Origin: a virus
Taxonomy: Duplodnaviria; Caudoviricetes
Length of the DNA: 35,834 bases
Strand: one strand, 5' to 3'
IMG/VR virus record: IMGVR_UViG_3300033487_000024
Coordinates: 1-35,834 of that record
A program made the translations under genes and the position numbers. How positions within the stretch are numbered: position 1 is the first letter of the stretch; each line of letters begins with the position of its first letter. Shown in pieces: positions 16,541 to 27,600 of this stretch. The notes under the pieces are model-generated. The model had not been told where the DNA came from and did no database searches. It saw only the letters and a program-made list of their open reading frames with translations.

Positions 16541-17232
16541 GCAAGAAGTGGAGAGGGCCGTGGATCGGTAAGAAGTCTGACTCGTTTGCGCCCGGAGCGA
16601 CAACGGTTCGTCTCTACCCGACCGGCGTCCCGACGATTGTTCACTACGACACCTACGTCTCGCCGCCGTCTCCGCCAGCGCAAATGTGGGGCTGGGAAAC
16701 GGTGTGGCCGCTTGCCGGTCAGGATTGGCTCGGAAACGCGACTCTCAGCGGCGGCGGCGGTCCCCCTTACCTTCGTGGAGTAAGCCTAAACGGAACGCTC
16801 ACGCAGCTTGCTCCCAGCAGGAACGGAGCGATCACTGAAGTCAAGGCCGGGTTCACATGGCATCCCGTCATCGAGGCTGGCTTCGGAAACGCGAACATTC
16901 GGATAGCGCACGTCTCAATCGCAGACTCGCTCACGCCTTGGCTCACGAACGCCCCGTGGGTGCAGGGCTACGAGATGAAGAAGGAGAACGTCTTCAACGG
17001 GAACCTCTTGATGGTGACGAGCGGCAGCACGAAGGCGCTCGAAACCGACGTGACTGACGAGTACGCTCAGAACACGCAATTCGGCGGGGCGAACATGATC
17101 GGGTCTGACATTCTCCTGATCAACAGTCTCTACTACGCGATCTTGTTCGACATGTACAGCGAAACGGCCGGTTGCGACGGCACCTTCGACCTTCAGGAAC
17201 TCTACGTCGATGTGACGTACACCCAAACGTAG
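16537..17232 (+). CDS. Hypothetical virion protein (beta-sandwich, possibly receptor-binding)
   Basis: ATGA overlap at 16537 (MSKKWRGPW...). Ends in the jelly-roll-like strand DLQELYVDVTY. Confidence 0.7.
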   Translation: MSKKWRGPWIGKKSDSFAPGATTVRLYPTGVPTIVHYDTYVSPPSPPAQMWGWETVWPLAGQDWLGNATLSGGGGPPYLRGVSLNGTLTQLAPSRNGAITEVKAGFTWHPVIEAGFGNANIRIAHVSIADSLTPWLTNAPWVQGYEMKKENVFNGNLLMVTSGSTKALETDVTDEYAQNTQFGGANMIGSDILLINSLYYAILFDMYSETAGCDGTFDLQELYVDVTYTQT

Positions 17233-17242
17233 GTGGACCGCG

Positions 17243-18823
17243 ATGCCCTACTACCTCGTTCATGCCGGGACCGCGCTCCAGAAGATCGACAGCGACGGAA
17301 ACGTGACGAGTGTCACGCTGCCAGAAGGCGTTACCCTCGACCCCAGCAGACCGGCGCGGTTCACGCTGCTCAATAAGACGCTGCTCGTCTCGAACGCACC
17401 AAGCCGCACGCTGCTTTTCGATGGAGGGCTGACCGCGCATCTCGCCGGACTCACTCCGCCTCCGACCGCGCCGACTGTCGCGGCGGGAACAGGCACGTTG
17501 ATCGGAGACTACTTCTGCGCGTTTTCGTTCGCCATCAAGGACGCGGACGGGAACATCATCGTTGAAAGCGACCTCAGTCCCATCTCGGCCGTCCAGACGC
17601 TCGCGGCAGAGGGACTCGCGATTTCAGCCATCGGCATCTCGGAAGACACGCAGGTCACATCTCGCCGCATCTACCGTTCGGCCTCTGGCGGCGACACGCT
17701 GTATTGGGCCTACGACATCGACGACAACCTGACGACGACGTACACCTCCACTGAAGCCGACGCTTCGCTGGGCACGGAAAGCGTGACGAACCTCGGACTC
17801 GGGGCTGTGCCCGGAGCGACCAGCGTAGACCGGCTCAAGCTGTCGGTGACATGGAAGGATCGCGTGTGGGGCGTGTCGGACATCAACCCGGACGACCTTC
17901 GATTCTCCGGCTCTCGGATGCCTTACGCATGGGACGCGACCAATATGATTCCGATCCCTCCGGTGGGAGAGGACACGGTGGGCGTCAACGGCTTCCTCGG
18001 GCGGCGCGACGAGCTTGGCGTCCTGAAGCTGAATCGGCTGTGCAAGGTGGTCGGAAACACGCAGGACGATTTCCAGTTGATCGTGGTGGTCGAAGGCATC
18101 GGCACATTCGCGTCCGATTCGTGCGTAGTCATTCGTGACGTGGGCTACTTCCTCTCGCACGATGGCGTCTATACATGGGGGCCGGAAGGCGTGCAGTCGA
18201 TCTCGGACGCACAGGTGCGCCCGTGGTTCACGACCGACCTGTACTTCAACCGCGCTGCCTTCGCGTCTGCCGTGGGGCGGTACAACTGGCGCACACACTC
18301 GTATGAACTTCATCTACCGTCTTTCGGCCAAACCGACCTCACTCTCTGGGTGCAGTACGACATCGACCGTAAGCGGTGGTTTGGGCCACACAAGACGGTT
18401 GCCTTCACTCCCGCCAGCGGGGGCCAGATTTCAGACAACGACGGCCTACTTATCCCCGCTGTCGGCTCGAAGGGAGGGCAACTCTGGTTGCAGGACAACT
18501 CGGAGATCATGGACGGCGACTATGAGATTCAGTTCTCGGTAGTCACGCAGCCCTACTCCGAGAACGCCGCTGACCGTCACAAGCTGTTTCACGAACTGTC
18601 GGTGATCAACAAGAATCAGGGCAGCGGCTACATGGTGATTCAGGCGTTTGTGGATAACGAGTCGCAGACCTCGTTCCTGACGCCGCAGGACCGCAGTCGG
18701 ACACGATGCCGACGCATCGGCAACGGCCGCTTGCTCACGCTGTCGTTCTTTCATGACACGATGTACGAGGACTGCGAGATCCACGGTTTCGAGATTCCGT
18801 TCACCATCACGGGACGCCGATGA
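17243..18823 (+). CDS. Tail nozzle/stabilisation protein (main beta-propeller part)
   Basis: WKDRVWGV...LRFSG...GIGTFASDSCVV...YFLSHDGVYTW...SISDAQVRPWF and C-terminal KLFHELSV...GRLLTLSF. Carries an FN3-like RRIYRS insert. Confidence 0.75.
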   Translation: MPYYLVHAGTALQKIDSDGNVTSVTLPEGVTLDPSRPARFTLLNKTLLVSNAPSRTLLFDGGLTAHLAGLTPPPTAPTVAAGTGTLIGDYFCAFSFAIKDADGNIIVESDLSPISAVQTLAAEGLAISAIGISEDTQVTSRRIYRSASGGDTLYWAYDIDDNLTTTYTSTEADASLGTESVTNLGLGAVPGATSVDRLKLSVTWKDRVWGVSDINPDDLRFSGSRMPYAWDATNMIPIPPVGEDTVGVNGFLGRRDELGVLKLNRLCKVVGNTQDDFQLIVVVEGIGTFASDSCVVIRDVGYFLSHDGVYTWGPEGVQSISDAQVRPWFTTDLYFNRAAFASAVGRYNWRTHSYELHLPSFGQTDLTLWVQYDIDRKRWFGPHKTVAFTPASGGQISDNDGLLIPAVGSKGGQLWLQDNSEIMDGDYEIQFSVVTQPYSENAADRHKLFHELSVINKNQGSGYMVIQAFVDNESQTSFLTPQDRSRTRCRRIGNGRLLTLSFFHDTMYEDCEIHGFEIPFTITGRR

Positions 18824-20763
18824 GCAAGCGAATTGCCAAGCCGCATGACATTCGCTGGCCGGGGCCGCAAGGCGTCACGCCCCGGTTGATCGAGGACATC
18901 AACGCCAACTTCGACGCACTCTTTCGGGCGCTTGAACTGGCAGGACTGTCTACGGCTGGCGTTCTCTCTCCGCCTTCCTCGACTGGCGGCGGCGGCACAG
19001 GCGACCCGCCCGGACTCTCCGACCCCGTGACCGAATCCCACGGCGGAACGGGCAAGACGACCTACTCGAAGGGCGACCTCTTGGTCGGAAAGGCCGATCA
19101 CAAGCTGGAGCGGAAGTCGATTGGCTCCACGGGACAGGTTCTCACGGTTGCCGGTGGGACGACGGCATGGTCTGGACACCAAGTTCTCTCGGCCACGCAC
19201 AGCGACAGTGAGGCGTCGAACGCCTCTCGCGGCGACCTCATCGTCGCTCAGGGCGCGACTCCGCTCTGGAAGCGGCTCGCGAAAGGGGCGGCAAACTACG
19301 TTCTGAAAATGGGCGCGAACGAGCCGGAGTGGATGACCTTCATCCACAATCTGCTCTCTGGAGAACACGGCGACACGACTTCGGCGGCGGTAGTGCGCGG
19401 CGACATCATCACGGGACAGGGCGCGACCCCGAAGTGGACGCGGCTGGCGAAGGGCACCGTCAACCAAGTCCTCAAGGGCGGGACGAACGAACCGACGTGG
19501 GGCGACGAGCTTGACCCGCAGTTCGCGCTCACGAAGCGATACGGGTTTGTCGATAACACCGAGACGAGCATCGCGCTCGCGGCGGTCGGAGACGGCACCT
19601 ACCGATTCACGCTCACCTCAGTTGGTGCGACGTGGCGCTACTTCCGCAACGGCGTTCTCTGCACCATCACCGGGAGCAAGACGGTTCTGCTCGCCGGGAC
19701 GAATCCGCCGACGAACGGAGCGCACCACATCTACATCGACACCGAAGACGGGACGCTCGTCGATGGCGCGGAGTGGACGCTGCTCGATACGAAGGTTCCG
19801 GTTGCCCACATCCTCTTCAACGGGTCACTCACGCCCGTCTACTGGATGTCCGACGAGCGGCATACGTGCCTGATTGACCGCCGCACGCACTACTACCAGC
19901 ACGTCATCCACGGCACGCAACTCATCTCTGGCGGCACCATCTCAGGGCAGACGATCAACGGCGCGGCCGACGCCAACAACACCTTCGGCATCTCGGGTGT
20001 GTCGCTGGCCGATGAAGACTTGCTAGTAGACCTCGCCGCGCTCACGGACCCGAACGCTGGCGAGTCGGCGTACACCGTCTTTTATCGGACGGCTCTGACG
20101 ACGTGGCTGTGGAAGTCATGGACGATGCCCTTCGACTACACCGTCGCGGGGTACATCAACTACGACAACGCCGGAACGCAGACGCAAGGCCAGAACAACA
20201 AGTACTACAACACGTACCTCATTCTCTCGAATCTCGCCGGAGCAGCGCGGTACATCATCGTCTCTGGCCGCAGCGAGTTCGCAACGCTCTTGGCGGCACA
20301 GGCGGAAGACGTAGGGGGCTTCAGTTTCAGCGGCCTCGACATCGATGAGTACGTGATTGCCTACCGCTTTACGTGGATGACAAGCGCAGCCTACGCGAAC
20401 ACCGGAAAGGCTCGGCTCGCGGCCACTCCAGAGGCGCTCGACATCGCCGCCATCTACGCCTCGGTTGGCGGGGCTTCGACGGACCACAACACGCTGGCGA
20501 ACCTTCAGGGCGGAAACGGCACGGAACGCTACCACCTGACAGCGGCGGAGTACGCGGCGCTTGGAAGTGTCGCAGCGCAGCGCCTCGACGACCATGACCC
20601 GCCGACTAACCCTGTCGATTTTGACGGGCAGGAAGCCCTTGATTTCGTCGTCCAGAACGTCGCAGACGAAGCGGCGGTGATCGCGTATCCTGACCCGGTG
20701 CTTGGGAAGCTGCTCTACTCAGTCGCAGACGAGGCGGTGTACGTCTGCACAGCCGTCTATTAG
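18820..20763 (+). CDS. Tail fibre protein
   Basis: Short N-terminal helix (IEDINANFDALF), three GD(L/I)(L/I)...(Q/Y)VL...W fibre repeats (~19070-19500) and a DHNTLANLQGG...YHLT motif. Confidence 0.8.
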   Translation: MSKRIAKPHDIRWPGPQGVTPRLIEDINANFDALFRALELAGLSTAGVLSPPSSTGGGGTGDPPGLSDPVTESHGGTGKTTYSKGDLLVGKADHKLERKSIGSTGQVLTVAGGTTAWSGHQVLSATHSDSEASNASRGDLIVAQGATPLWKRLAKGAANYVLKMGANEPEWMTFIHNLLSGEHGDTTSAAVVRGDIITGQGATPKWTRLAKGTVNQVLKGGTNEPTWGDELDPQFALTKRYGFVDNTETSIALAAVGDGTYRFTLTSVGATWRYFRNGVLCTITGSKTVLLAGTNPPTNGAHHIYIDTEDGTLVDGAEWTLLDTKVPVAHILFNGSLTPVYWMSDERHTCLIDRRTHYYQHVIHGTQLISGGTISGQTINGAADANNTFGISGVSLADEDLLVDLAALTDPNAGESAYTVFYRTALTTWLWKSWTMPFDYTVAGYINYDNAGTQTQGQNNKYYNTYLILSNLAGAARYIIVSGRSEFATLLAAQAEDVGGFSFSGLDIDEYVIAYRFTWMTSAAYANTGKARLAATPEALDIAAIYASVGGASTDHNTLANLQGGNGTERYHLTAAEYAALGSVAAQRLDDHDPPTNPVDFDGQEALDFVVQNVADEAAVIAYPDPVLGKLLYSVADEAVYVCTAVY

Positions 20764-20775
20764 AGGAAGAACATC

Positions 20776-21633
20776 ATGGCTTCACCCCAGAACTTCAACG
20801 ACCTGTACCAAGTGGACACCGACGCGAAGTTTCGCTCGTGGGGGCTGGCGCTTTCGACGGCCATCCAAGCCTGTGGCCTCACGCTCGTCGCAGACACCGG
20901 CTCGGTCAACTGGACGACCGTCTCAAAGCCATCCAGCACGAACACCAAGGCTGGCTTCGAGATTTATCGGTTCGACGATGCCCTTCAAGCGACCGCGCCG
21001 GTCTACATCCGAATCGACTACGGCTCGGGCCAGTACGCGAACGTGACGGCCGCGATCTGGTTCACCATCGGCAGCGGCACGAACGGCTCAGGCACCGTTA
21101 CGGGCAACCCAACGACGCCTCCGAAGATCGAGTTGTATCCCCACGCCACGGTTGCGGGTACCACCTACGTCACCGGAGCGAACAACCGCTTGCTCTACAT
21201 GGGGCCAACCAACCAGCAGTACACCTACACGTCGATGTTCAACATCGAGAGAACACACGACGGGACTGGAGCCGACACCGCAGACGGCGTTCTCCTGATC
21301 TGGATCGAAGCCGGATCAACCAAGGGACAGAACGTGTGGATTGCGGGAACTGGAGCCGGAACCACTGAGACGAGCTTCGGCGTCCTGAATCCTGCGACCG
21401 GATCGGGAGCGACCGGAAGCTACATCGCGGTCTATCCGTTCTTCCACACGAAGGGCATTTTCCACTTCCCGGCGATGAACGTCCTCGCAGCGTTCACGAC
21501 GAACATCTCGGTAGGGACTCCGTTCTCGCTGACGTACTACGGGTCAAGCAAGACGTACTTGCCGATTGCCTCGGCCGCAGTCTTGTCAACGCCACGGGGC
21601 GGAACGATGTCATGGTGTATTCGGTACGAGTAG
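20776..21633 (+). CDS. Putative tail-associated virion protein
   Basis: 285 aa, Thr/Gly-rich beta composition, GAGGA RBS. Confidence 0.7.
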   Translation: MASPQNFNDLYQVDTDAKFRSWGLALSTAIQACGLTLVADTGSVNWTTVSKPSSTNTKAGFEIYRFDDALQATAPVYIRIDYGSGQYANVTAAIWFTIGSGTNGSGTVTGNPTTPPKIELYPHATVAGTTYVTGANNRLLYMGPTNQQYTYTSMFNIERTHDGTGADTADGVLLIWIEAGSTKGQNVWIAGTGAGTTETSFGVLNPATGSGATGSYIAVYPFFHTKGIFHFPAMNVLAAFTTNISVGTPFSLTYYGSSKTYLPIASAAVLSTPRGGTMSWCIRYE

Positions 21634-21636
21634 CCG

Positions 21637-22116
21637 ATGTCAACCTACGTTGTCGAACCGGGGAACTCAATCGCGCCCGAAGGGACGGGGCCAGCCGTCA
21701 ACATCGAGGCTGGACACTACTACGTTGAACTCGGGATTCAGGGAACGACTGGTACCCCTTCATGGCCGGAGAACTATCAGGAGCAGTTTCGGCTCAACGA
21801 GCCGTTGCCCGACCCGCCCGTGGTGTCGGCAGGACCGGACCAGACCGTTGTCGGCGCGTATCCACTGACGGTCACGCTGGCAGGAAGTGAAACGCACTCC
21901 ACGGAGTCGGTCACAATCGAATGGACGAAAGTCTCAGGGCCGGGAACGGTGACGTTCACCGATGACACGGACCCGGCCACTGACGCGGAGTTCGTCGCCT
22001 CTGGCACCTACGTTCTCAGGCTATCGGTTGACGACGGAAGAAACGACCCGGTGACAGACGACGTGACGATCACCGTCACCATCGCAACGTGGAAGAAGAT
22101 CGCTTTCTCGGTTTAG
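21637..22116 (+). CDS. PKD/Ig-like domain virion protein
   Basis: PPVVSAGPDQTV...VTLAGS...IEWTKVSGPG...GTYVLRLSVDDG...DDVTITV is a classic PKD/REJ pattern. Confidence 0.85.
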   Translation: MSTYVVEPGNSIAPEGTGPAVNIEAGHYYVELGIQGTTGTPSWPENYQEQFRLNEPLPDPPVVSAGPDQTVVGAYPLTVTLAGSETHSTESVTIEWTKVSGPGTVTFTDDTDPATDAEFVASGTYVLRLSVDDGRNDPVTDDVTITVTIATWKKIAFSV

Positions 22117-22144
22117 GGTATCCTCTCAGCGAGCGGAGGGCATC

Positions 22145-22489
22145 ATGGACATCGGAACCGGCACAGAAGAAGACGTGCGGGTCATCGTCGATGGCAAGGT
22201 GCGCTTGGTGTTTCACCCTGACGGGTCTGTCGAGTGGCATTGTGCCCATTCGCACGCGGCGCACGACAACCCGGACAACGAGTACTCGGCTCGAATCTGC
22301 ACGAAGGGATGTTGGCACGGGAAAGTTGTCGGAGAGGCAGAACTCGCCGCGCTCGATCTGGAGATTCCGGCCCAGACGACAGTGGGCCATCAGGGAGACG
22401 CCGACAAGGTTCCCAACAAGCCTGAAGGGTATCTAGTGTTCCAGAGAGAAGGCCAAGATTTCGTAGTCCCGTACTTCAAAGCGAAGTAG
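22145..22489 (+). CDS. Small tail-fibre-tip-like protein
   Basis: GGAGG RBS. C-terminal QTTVG..G.A..VP..PEGYL...G....VPYF motif is seen at fibre ends. Confidence 0.6.
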   Translation: MDIGTGTEEDVRVIVDGKVRLVFHPDGSVEWHCAHSHAAHDNPDNEYSARICTKGCWHGKVVGEAELAALDLEIPAQTTVGHQGDADKVPNKPEGYLVFQREGQDFVVPYFKAK

Positions 22490-22499
22490 GAGAACGCAC

Positions 22500-23234
22500 A
22501 TGGCAGGACTTGCCGCTAGGGGAACCGGATCGACATCGCCTTACGGTGCGCTGGCCGCACGCGCTCCGCTTCAGGGCGGCGTGCCGAGTCAGGTATCGAA
22601 CGCCGCTCGCACCACTGGCGGAAACGCCGCGTGGTCCCCGTGGAGCGGAAACATTCTCGGCATGGAACGCGGCACGCCGGAATACGAACAGACAGCCGGG
22701 AACCTCAACCAGACCTACGCTCAGGCCGACATCAATCGGGGCTTGCAGCAGGGGCAGCAGGGCTTCGAGCGGTCGATGGCAGAGCAGCGGCGAGGTTGGG
22801 GGCTGGAAGACCAGAACACCGCGTACTCGTGGCTCAACGCGCTCGGCGGCGGTTCGGCTGGCGGAGGGCCGCGAGTCACAGGGGAAGATACTTCGTGGGA
22901 CGCCTCACTCGCCGCCGCGATGGGCAAGGCGAAGGACACGGCGGCTCAGGCAGTCGGCGCGGCGCGAAAGTCGATGCTCGGCAACATGACCGCTCGCGGT
23001 ATCGGCGGGTCCGGCATCGAGGCGAAGCTGGATCAGGGCATCCAACTCGCGGGAGCCGGACAGATCGGCGCGGCCGGACGCGAGATGGCAACGCAGCAAG
23101 CGGCGCGGCAAGCCTCGGTCAACGACCGAAACTATCAGGGTGACATCACCCAGCGTGGTCAGGACATCACCGCGCAGGGGCAGCGGCTCGCTCTGCTCCC
23201 GTCGCTGACTTCTCTGCTTCGTGTCGCATACTGA
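22500..23234 (+). CDS. Putative ejection/internal virion protein 1
   Basis: Gly/Ala/Gln-rich helical protein with MTARGIGGSGI and ITQRGQDIT motifs typical of pilot proteins. AGGAG RBS. Confidence 0.65.
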   Translation: MAGLAARGTGSTSPYGALAARAPLQGGVPSQVSNAARTTGGNAAWSPWSGNILGMERGTPEYEQTAGNLNQTYAQADINRGLQQGQQGFERSMAEQRRGWGLEDQNTAYSWLNALGGGSAGGGPRVTGEDTSWDASLAAAMGKAKDTAAQAVGAARKSMLGNMTARGIGGSGIEAKLDQGIQLAGAGQIGAAGREMATQQAARQASVNDRNYQGDITQRGQDITAQGQRLALLPSLTSLLRVAY

Positions 23235-23242
23235 GGTGCATC

Positions 23243-24604
23243 ATGACAGCTTACGGGGCGCTCACGTATGCCCAGCGGATCGCGGAACAGAAGCGCGAGC
23301 AAGCCAAGAGCGACAAGTTCAACGCGCTCGTCGCCCGTGGCGGGGAGATGGCTCCGATGGCGGGTGCCCCCACCACCGATTTCATGTCTGACGACCCCAA
23401 CTTCTCAGCGCGGGTTGCCGACGCCATCGCCATGAAGAAAGTCGCGCAGGACTTCGAGAAGAGAAAGCTCGAAAACCGGGCGATCATGCGGCAGGACGCG
23501 GCGGGGCGTGCGAAGTCGGACGAAATCCAGCGGAGCAAGTACGGTGTGGGACAGTTCACCAACACGAGTACGTCTCCGGTGGAAGAGGCTGAGATCAACC
23601 GTGCCGCTGGCGGCGGTCCAGAGACAGGCAAGTACCAGCGGTTCTGGGGCAACAACTCCGTCATGGCGCTTCAGGAGCCGATGCTCCAAGGCGGCGTCCC
23701 TCATCCGATGGCGGCTGTCGCGCCTCTCAGCCACGTAGGACAGACAATCGGATCGGCCGGTGACGCCGAACGCGCCGAAGCATCTCGACAGCAACAGGCC
23801 GCTCAAGCGATGGCGCAGCAGCAGCAATCGCCCTACGCGAACGCCAGCGGGGGAGGAGGAGGTGGTGGTATGTCAGGTGGTGGTGGCGGCGGCGGCAAAG
23901 TGACGGTATCTCCCGGCGGCAACATCTCGCGTGGTCCTACCTACGACGACTTCGACATCGAGCGGCTTCGACAGGAGCGAGCGCGAACGAAGACGGCGGA
24001 AGAGCAGGTTCCCAGCTACGCTGCCGAGAAGCAGCGCAACGACATCATGTTCGATGTCAATACCGGGCGCTACGAGTACCTTCAGAACAAGCTGGGAGGA
24101 CTCGCTCGCGACGAACGTCGAACGAACGCGATCTGGGATGCCAACACCGCGAACCAGCCTGACGTGTGGCGCGAGGAAGACATCAAGTGGAACCGCCAGA
24201 AGGAACTCTTCGACCGCGAGATGGAGAAGATCGGCCTTCAGGGGCAGAACCAACTGAAGGTGGCGCTCGCGGCGGCTGGCGGCAGAACAAGCTCGGCGCA
24301 GATCGCGGCCAACGCGAAGATGGTTGGCGACATGCGGAAACAGTGGTCGGAAGCCTTCAAGACTCCGGCTACGTCGCCCGAAGAGAAGGCGATGCGCCAG
24401 AAAGTCCTGTCAGAGCTGTACCAGAAGGCGCAGGAAATGGGGATCGATCCCGTCGAGATCTTCATGGACAGCGACTCGCTGATTCAGCGTGGTCCCGCGC
24501 CGCCGCCTCAGAACATGCCAGCGACAGCGAACACGCCAAGGACATCGACGCCGCTTCGCACAGGCAACCCCGGCTACGATGCGCTCATGAACTCCGTAAG
24601 GTAG
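23243..24604 (+). CDS. Putative ejection/internal virion protein 2
   Basis: 453 aa, helical/coiled-coil with a poly-Gly linker. Middle gene of a small-medium-giant triad. Confidence 0.65.
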   Translation: MTAYGALTYAQRIAEQKREQAKSDKFNALVARGGEMAPMAGAPTTDFMSDDPNFSARVADAIAMKKVAQDFEKRKLENRAIMRQDAAGRAKSDEIQRSKYGVGQFTNTSTSPVEEAEINRAAGGGPETGKYQRFWGNNSVMALQEPMLQGGVPHPMAAVAPLSHVGQTIGSAGDAERAEASRQQQAAQAMAQQQQSPYANASGGGGGGGMSGGGGGGGKVTVSPGGNISRGPTYDDFDIERLRQERARTKTAEEQVPSYAAEKQRNDIMFDVNTGRYEYLQNKLGGLARDERRTNAIWDANTANQPDVWREEDIKWNRQKELFDREMEKIGLQGQNQLKVALAAAGGRTSSAQIAANAKMVGDMRKQWSEAFKTPATSPEEKAMRQKVLSELYQKAQEMGIDPVEIFMDSDSLIQRGPAPPPQNMPATANTPRTSTPLRTGNPGYDALMNSVR

Positions 24605-24611
24605 GTGCCTC

Positions 24612-27600
24612 ATGGGACCGTGGGACTACCTGAAATACCTCGCGGGGGGCGCAAAGCCAGTCGAGCGCCCTCCGTTGAAGTTCACTCCGATGCAGCAGTC
24701 GGAGTTCGCACGCCTCACGGATCCGACTCAGGATCCGAAAGTGGGGCCGGGATGGTCGTACGATCCCAAGTGGCAACCCATCGACGAATCAGGCGAGCCG
24801 ATCACGGGACGTGTCCCAACGTGGTCGGACATGCGCCCGACTCCAGTGGAGGGCGTGCCCAGATACGAGGGCGGAGTACTCGGCGGCGACCCGGAGGGCT
24901 GGCGTCGAGATCTCGCCAACCTCGCCATCAAGCCGGAAGAAGTGGAGTGGCTCACACGCTCGCAGGAGAAGCGTGACGCGGCGGTGAAAGAAGCCGTCCT
25001 GACCAGACCGGACCAGACGGAAGGTTGGGATGCCACGCTCAAGCCATTCCGTCCGATGATGGCTCGCATCGGCCCCGCGCTCACAGGCGCGATTGGCGGC
25101 GGCATTGTCGGCGGTCCTGTCGGCGCACTCGTCGGCGGCTTCGCTGGCGGTTTCGCCGGTTCCGAAATGGGGCAAACGCTGGAGGAACGCGAGCGGCAGA
25201 CGCTCGAATCGGATCTGCCCCAGTACTACGACACTCCGGCCTACGCCGCGCTCCAAAGGCAGCTTCAGAACGCTCGGCAGGAACACAGCACCACCGCGTC
25301 CGTTCTGGAAGGCGCGATGAACGCGCTTCCGCTCGGGGCGCTCAGGGAGACGCGATTCCTTCCTCGCGTCCTCAAGGAAGCCGGACGTGGCGCTGGACTT
25401 GGCGCTGGCAGCACGGCGCTACTGGCGAAGACCGATCCCGGCGGCGTGGTACCGGAAGGCGTCGAGCGCGGAGAGATCTCGCTTCCGCAAGTCGGCATGG
25501 GCGCGGGAATGGGCGCGGCGTTCGGCGGCGGGTTGGGCGCGTTCGCGCACCTCGTCAACCGCAATGCTCCGCCCACTGAGCCGCCACTGACGGATCTCCG
25601 GCGGGACTTCTCGCGGTTCAAGAAGCAGGTTGGGCTACCGCTCACTGAGCTTGAAACCTACGTCGATAGCCTCGAAGCCCGACGCATCTCGGAGCGACCG
25701 AATCCACCGGCCCCGCCGAAGCCGCCGTTCTACACGCCGATTTCGTGGGAAGGCGGAGAGGAACCGCCCCCGGCGGCGTTCGATATCATCGGACGTGGAC
25801 AGGGCGGGTCACAGACCCCCTACGTCGATTATCTGAAGTCGCTCACCCGGAGGTACACCGCTTGGCAGGAAGAACAGGCGCGTAGCGCGGCGAACGTCAA
25901 GCCCCCAGACGCGGCCCCCGCTCCGGCAGAACCGGCTCCGTCTCCGGCCCCGGCTGGACCGAAGGCACGCACGGGAGCCTCTCCCAGCGCGGTTGGGAAG
26001 GATATTGCGGCTCTGGAGCGTCAGGCTCAGGCGCTCATCGCGCAGGGAGGACCGGCGAACTTCGCCAAGGCGAACGACATCCTCGCGGAAGTTGAGAAGC
26101 TGAAGACCGCAGCGGCAGCGGGAGCGGCGAACTCGCCCGAAGCTGGAGTGGGCGCACAGGGCCGGATCCTGAAGCCGTCTCCGGGCGCAGAAGAAGACAA
26201 GCTGGTGGGCGACCTCTTCGCCGGAACACCCGCAGAAACTCCGGCTGGCCCGGTGACGCCGCCGGAAGCCGCCCCCGTTGTGCCCTCTGGCGTGACCGAC
26301 GCCGACGTGGACGAACTGAGCCGACTGCTCGGCGTGAAGCCGCCGATGCCAGCGGCAGCGCCGGTTGCCGCTCCGCCCCAGAAGCCGGTCAAGATTCAGG
26401 AGTTGATGAACGAGATCCGCCGCAGGATGATCGCGGCGTACAACGGCGCGGCGGCGGCGGCGGAAGCTGGCGACATGGCGACCGCCAACGTCCACAAAGA
26501 GCATCTCCAGTACCTTACAGACCTGTCTACGTGGATCCGGCGCGGCAGGATTGGCGAACCACCGGCAGAACCCCAGATTCCGGCCGCGCCGACACCCGTG
26601 GCTGGAGTCGCACCGCGTTCTCCCAGCGTGCCTCCGCCCCCCGCGCCGGGAACACCTCCGTCGCAGGAGCCGGTGCCGATTCCGGCTGGACCGACAACTC
26701 CGCCGATGCCGCCCGGAGGGGCCGGTGCAGAAGCGACTCCGCCGCCAACCGGGGAGACTCCGCTTCAGGCGAAGATGCGCTCGGAGACGTTCCCGATTCT
26801 GCCGAAGGAAGGCCAGCCGTTCCTTCCGAATCTACCGCCCGAAGAGCAGGGAGCAGGGGTACCAACTACTGCGACCGACACGCTGGAAACCCGCCGTCTG
26901 CTCAATCTGGCGAATCAGGACATCGACGCGGCCGGAGGAGTCGTCCCGCCGAAGTCAGGGCCGGACGTGGTTGCCGCCCAGACGAACAAGCTGGCAGCGG
27001 AGCTTCTCGGTCAACCTGAGTTCGCTGGACTCAAGTTCGCGGAGCTTGTAGACCTACTGAACGGCGCTCGGGTGAAGCCGACAGAGCCAATCTCGCCCAG
27101 AGACGCTCAGGGGAACCTCATCCAGCGGCCGGGAACCTTCGTGCAGGAGTCGCCAACGTCTCCCCAGCCGGGACACGTCCAGATGCCGCTCAAGGCCACA
27201 CCGGGAGGGACACCCCCGCCAGCGGCCCCCAGAGGCGTTTCTGGCCCCCCTCCGGCGGGGATGGCTCCGAAGTCGGTCGAAGGGATTCTCGGCCAGCCAG
27301 CGCCAGCCTCGCCAGCCGCCGCCCCGGTCCCGGCCCAAGAACCGATTGCGCCGATGGTCGAAGGGGCCAAGCTGCCATCGTGGAAGGCCAAGCCCCAGCC
27401 GCCCATCCAGCGGGAGGGCGCGATCGTACCGCTGACCCCCATGCAGGGCGAGCGCGAGCGGATCGCCGTTCTCGACCCTCGCGTGATCGGGCTGGACCCG
27501 GCCACGTACCAGTTCAAGGGGTCCGACGCCGAAGGTTGGACCGGCTCGCTCGCTGGCGCGAAGGCATGGGCCGAAGCCATCGACCCGAACACGGGCAAGC

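Noticed and set aside
14618-22489. Diversity-generating retroelement or invertible tail cassette
   Set aside because: No reverse transcriptase, invertase or template/variable repeat pair was seen by eye. A self dot-plot would confirm this.
23849-23896. GGN microsatellite-like tract
   Set aside because: It encodes a poly-Gly linker with mixed codons, so it is not a phase-variable repeat.
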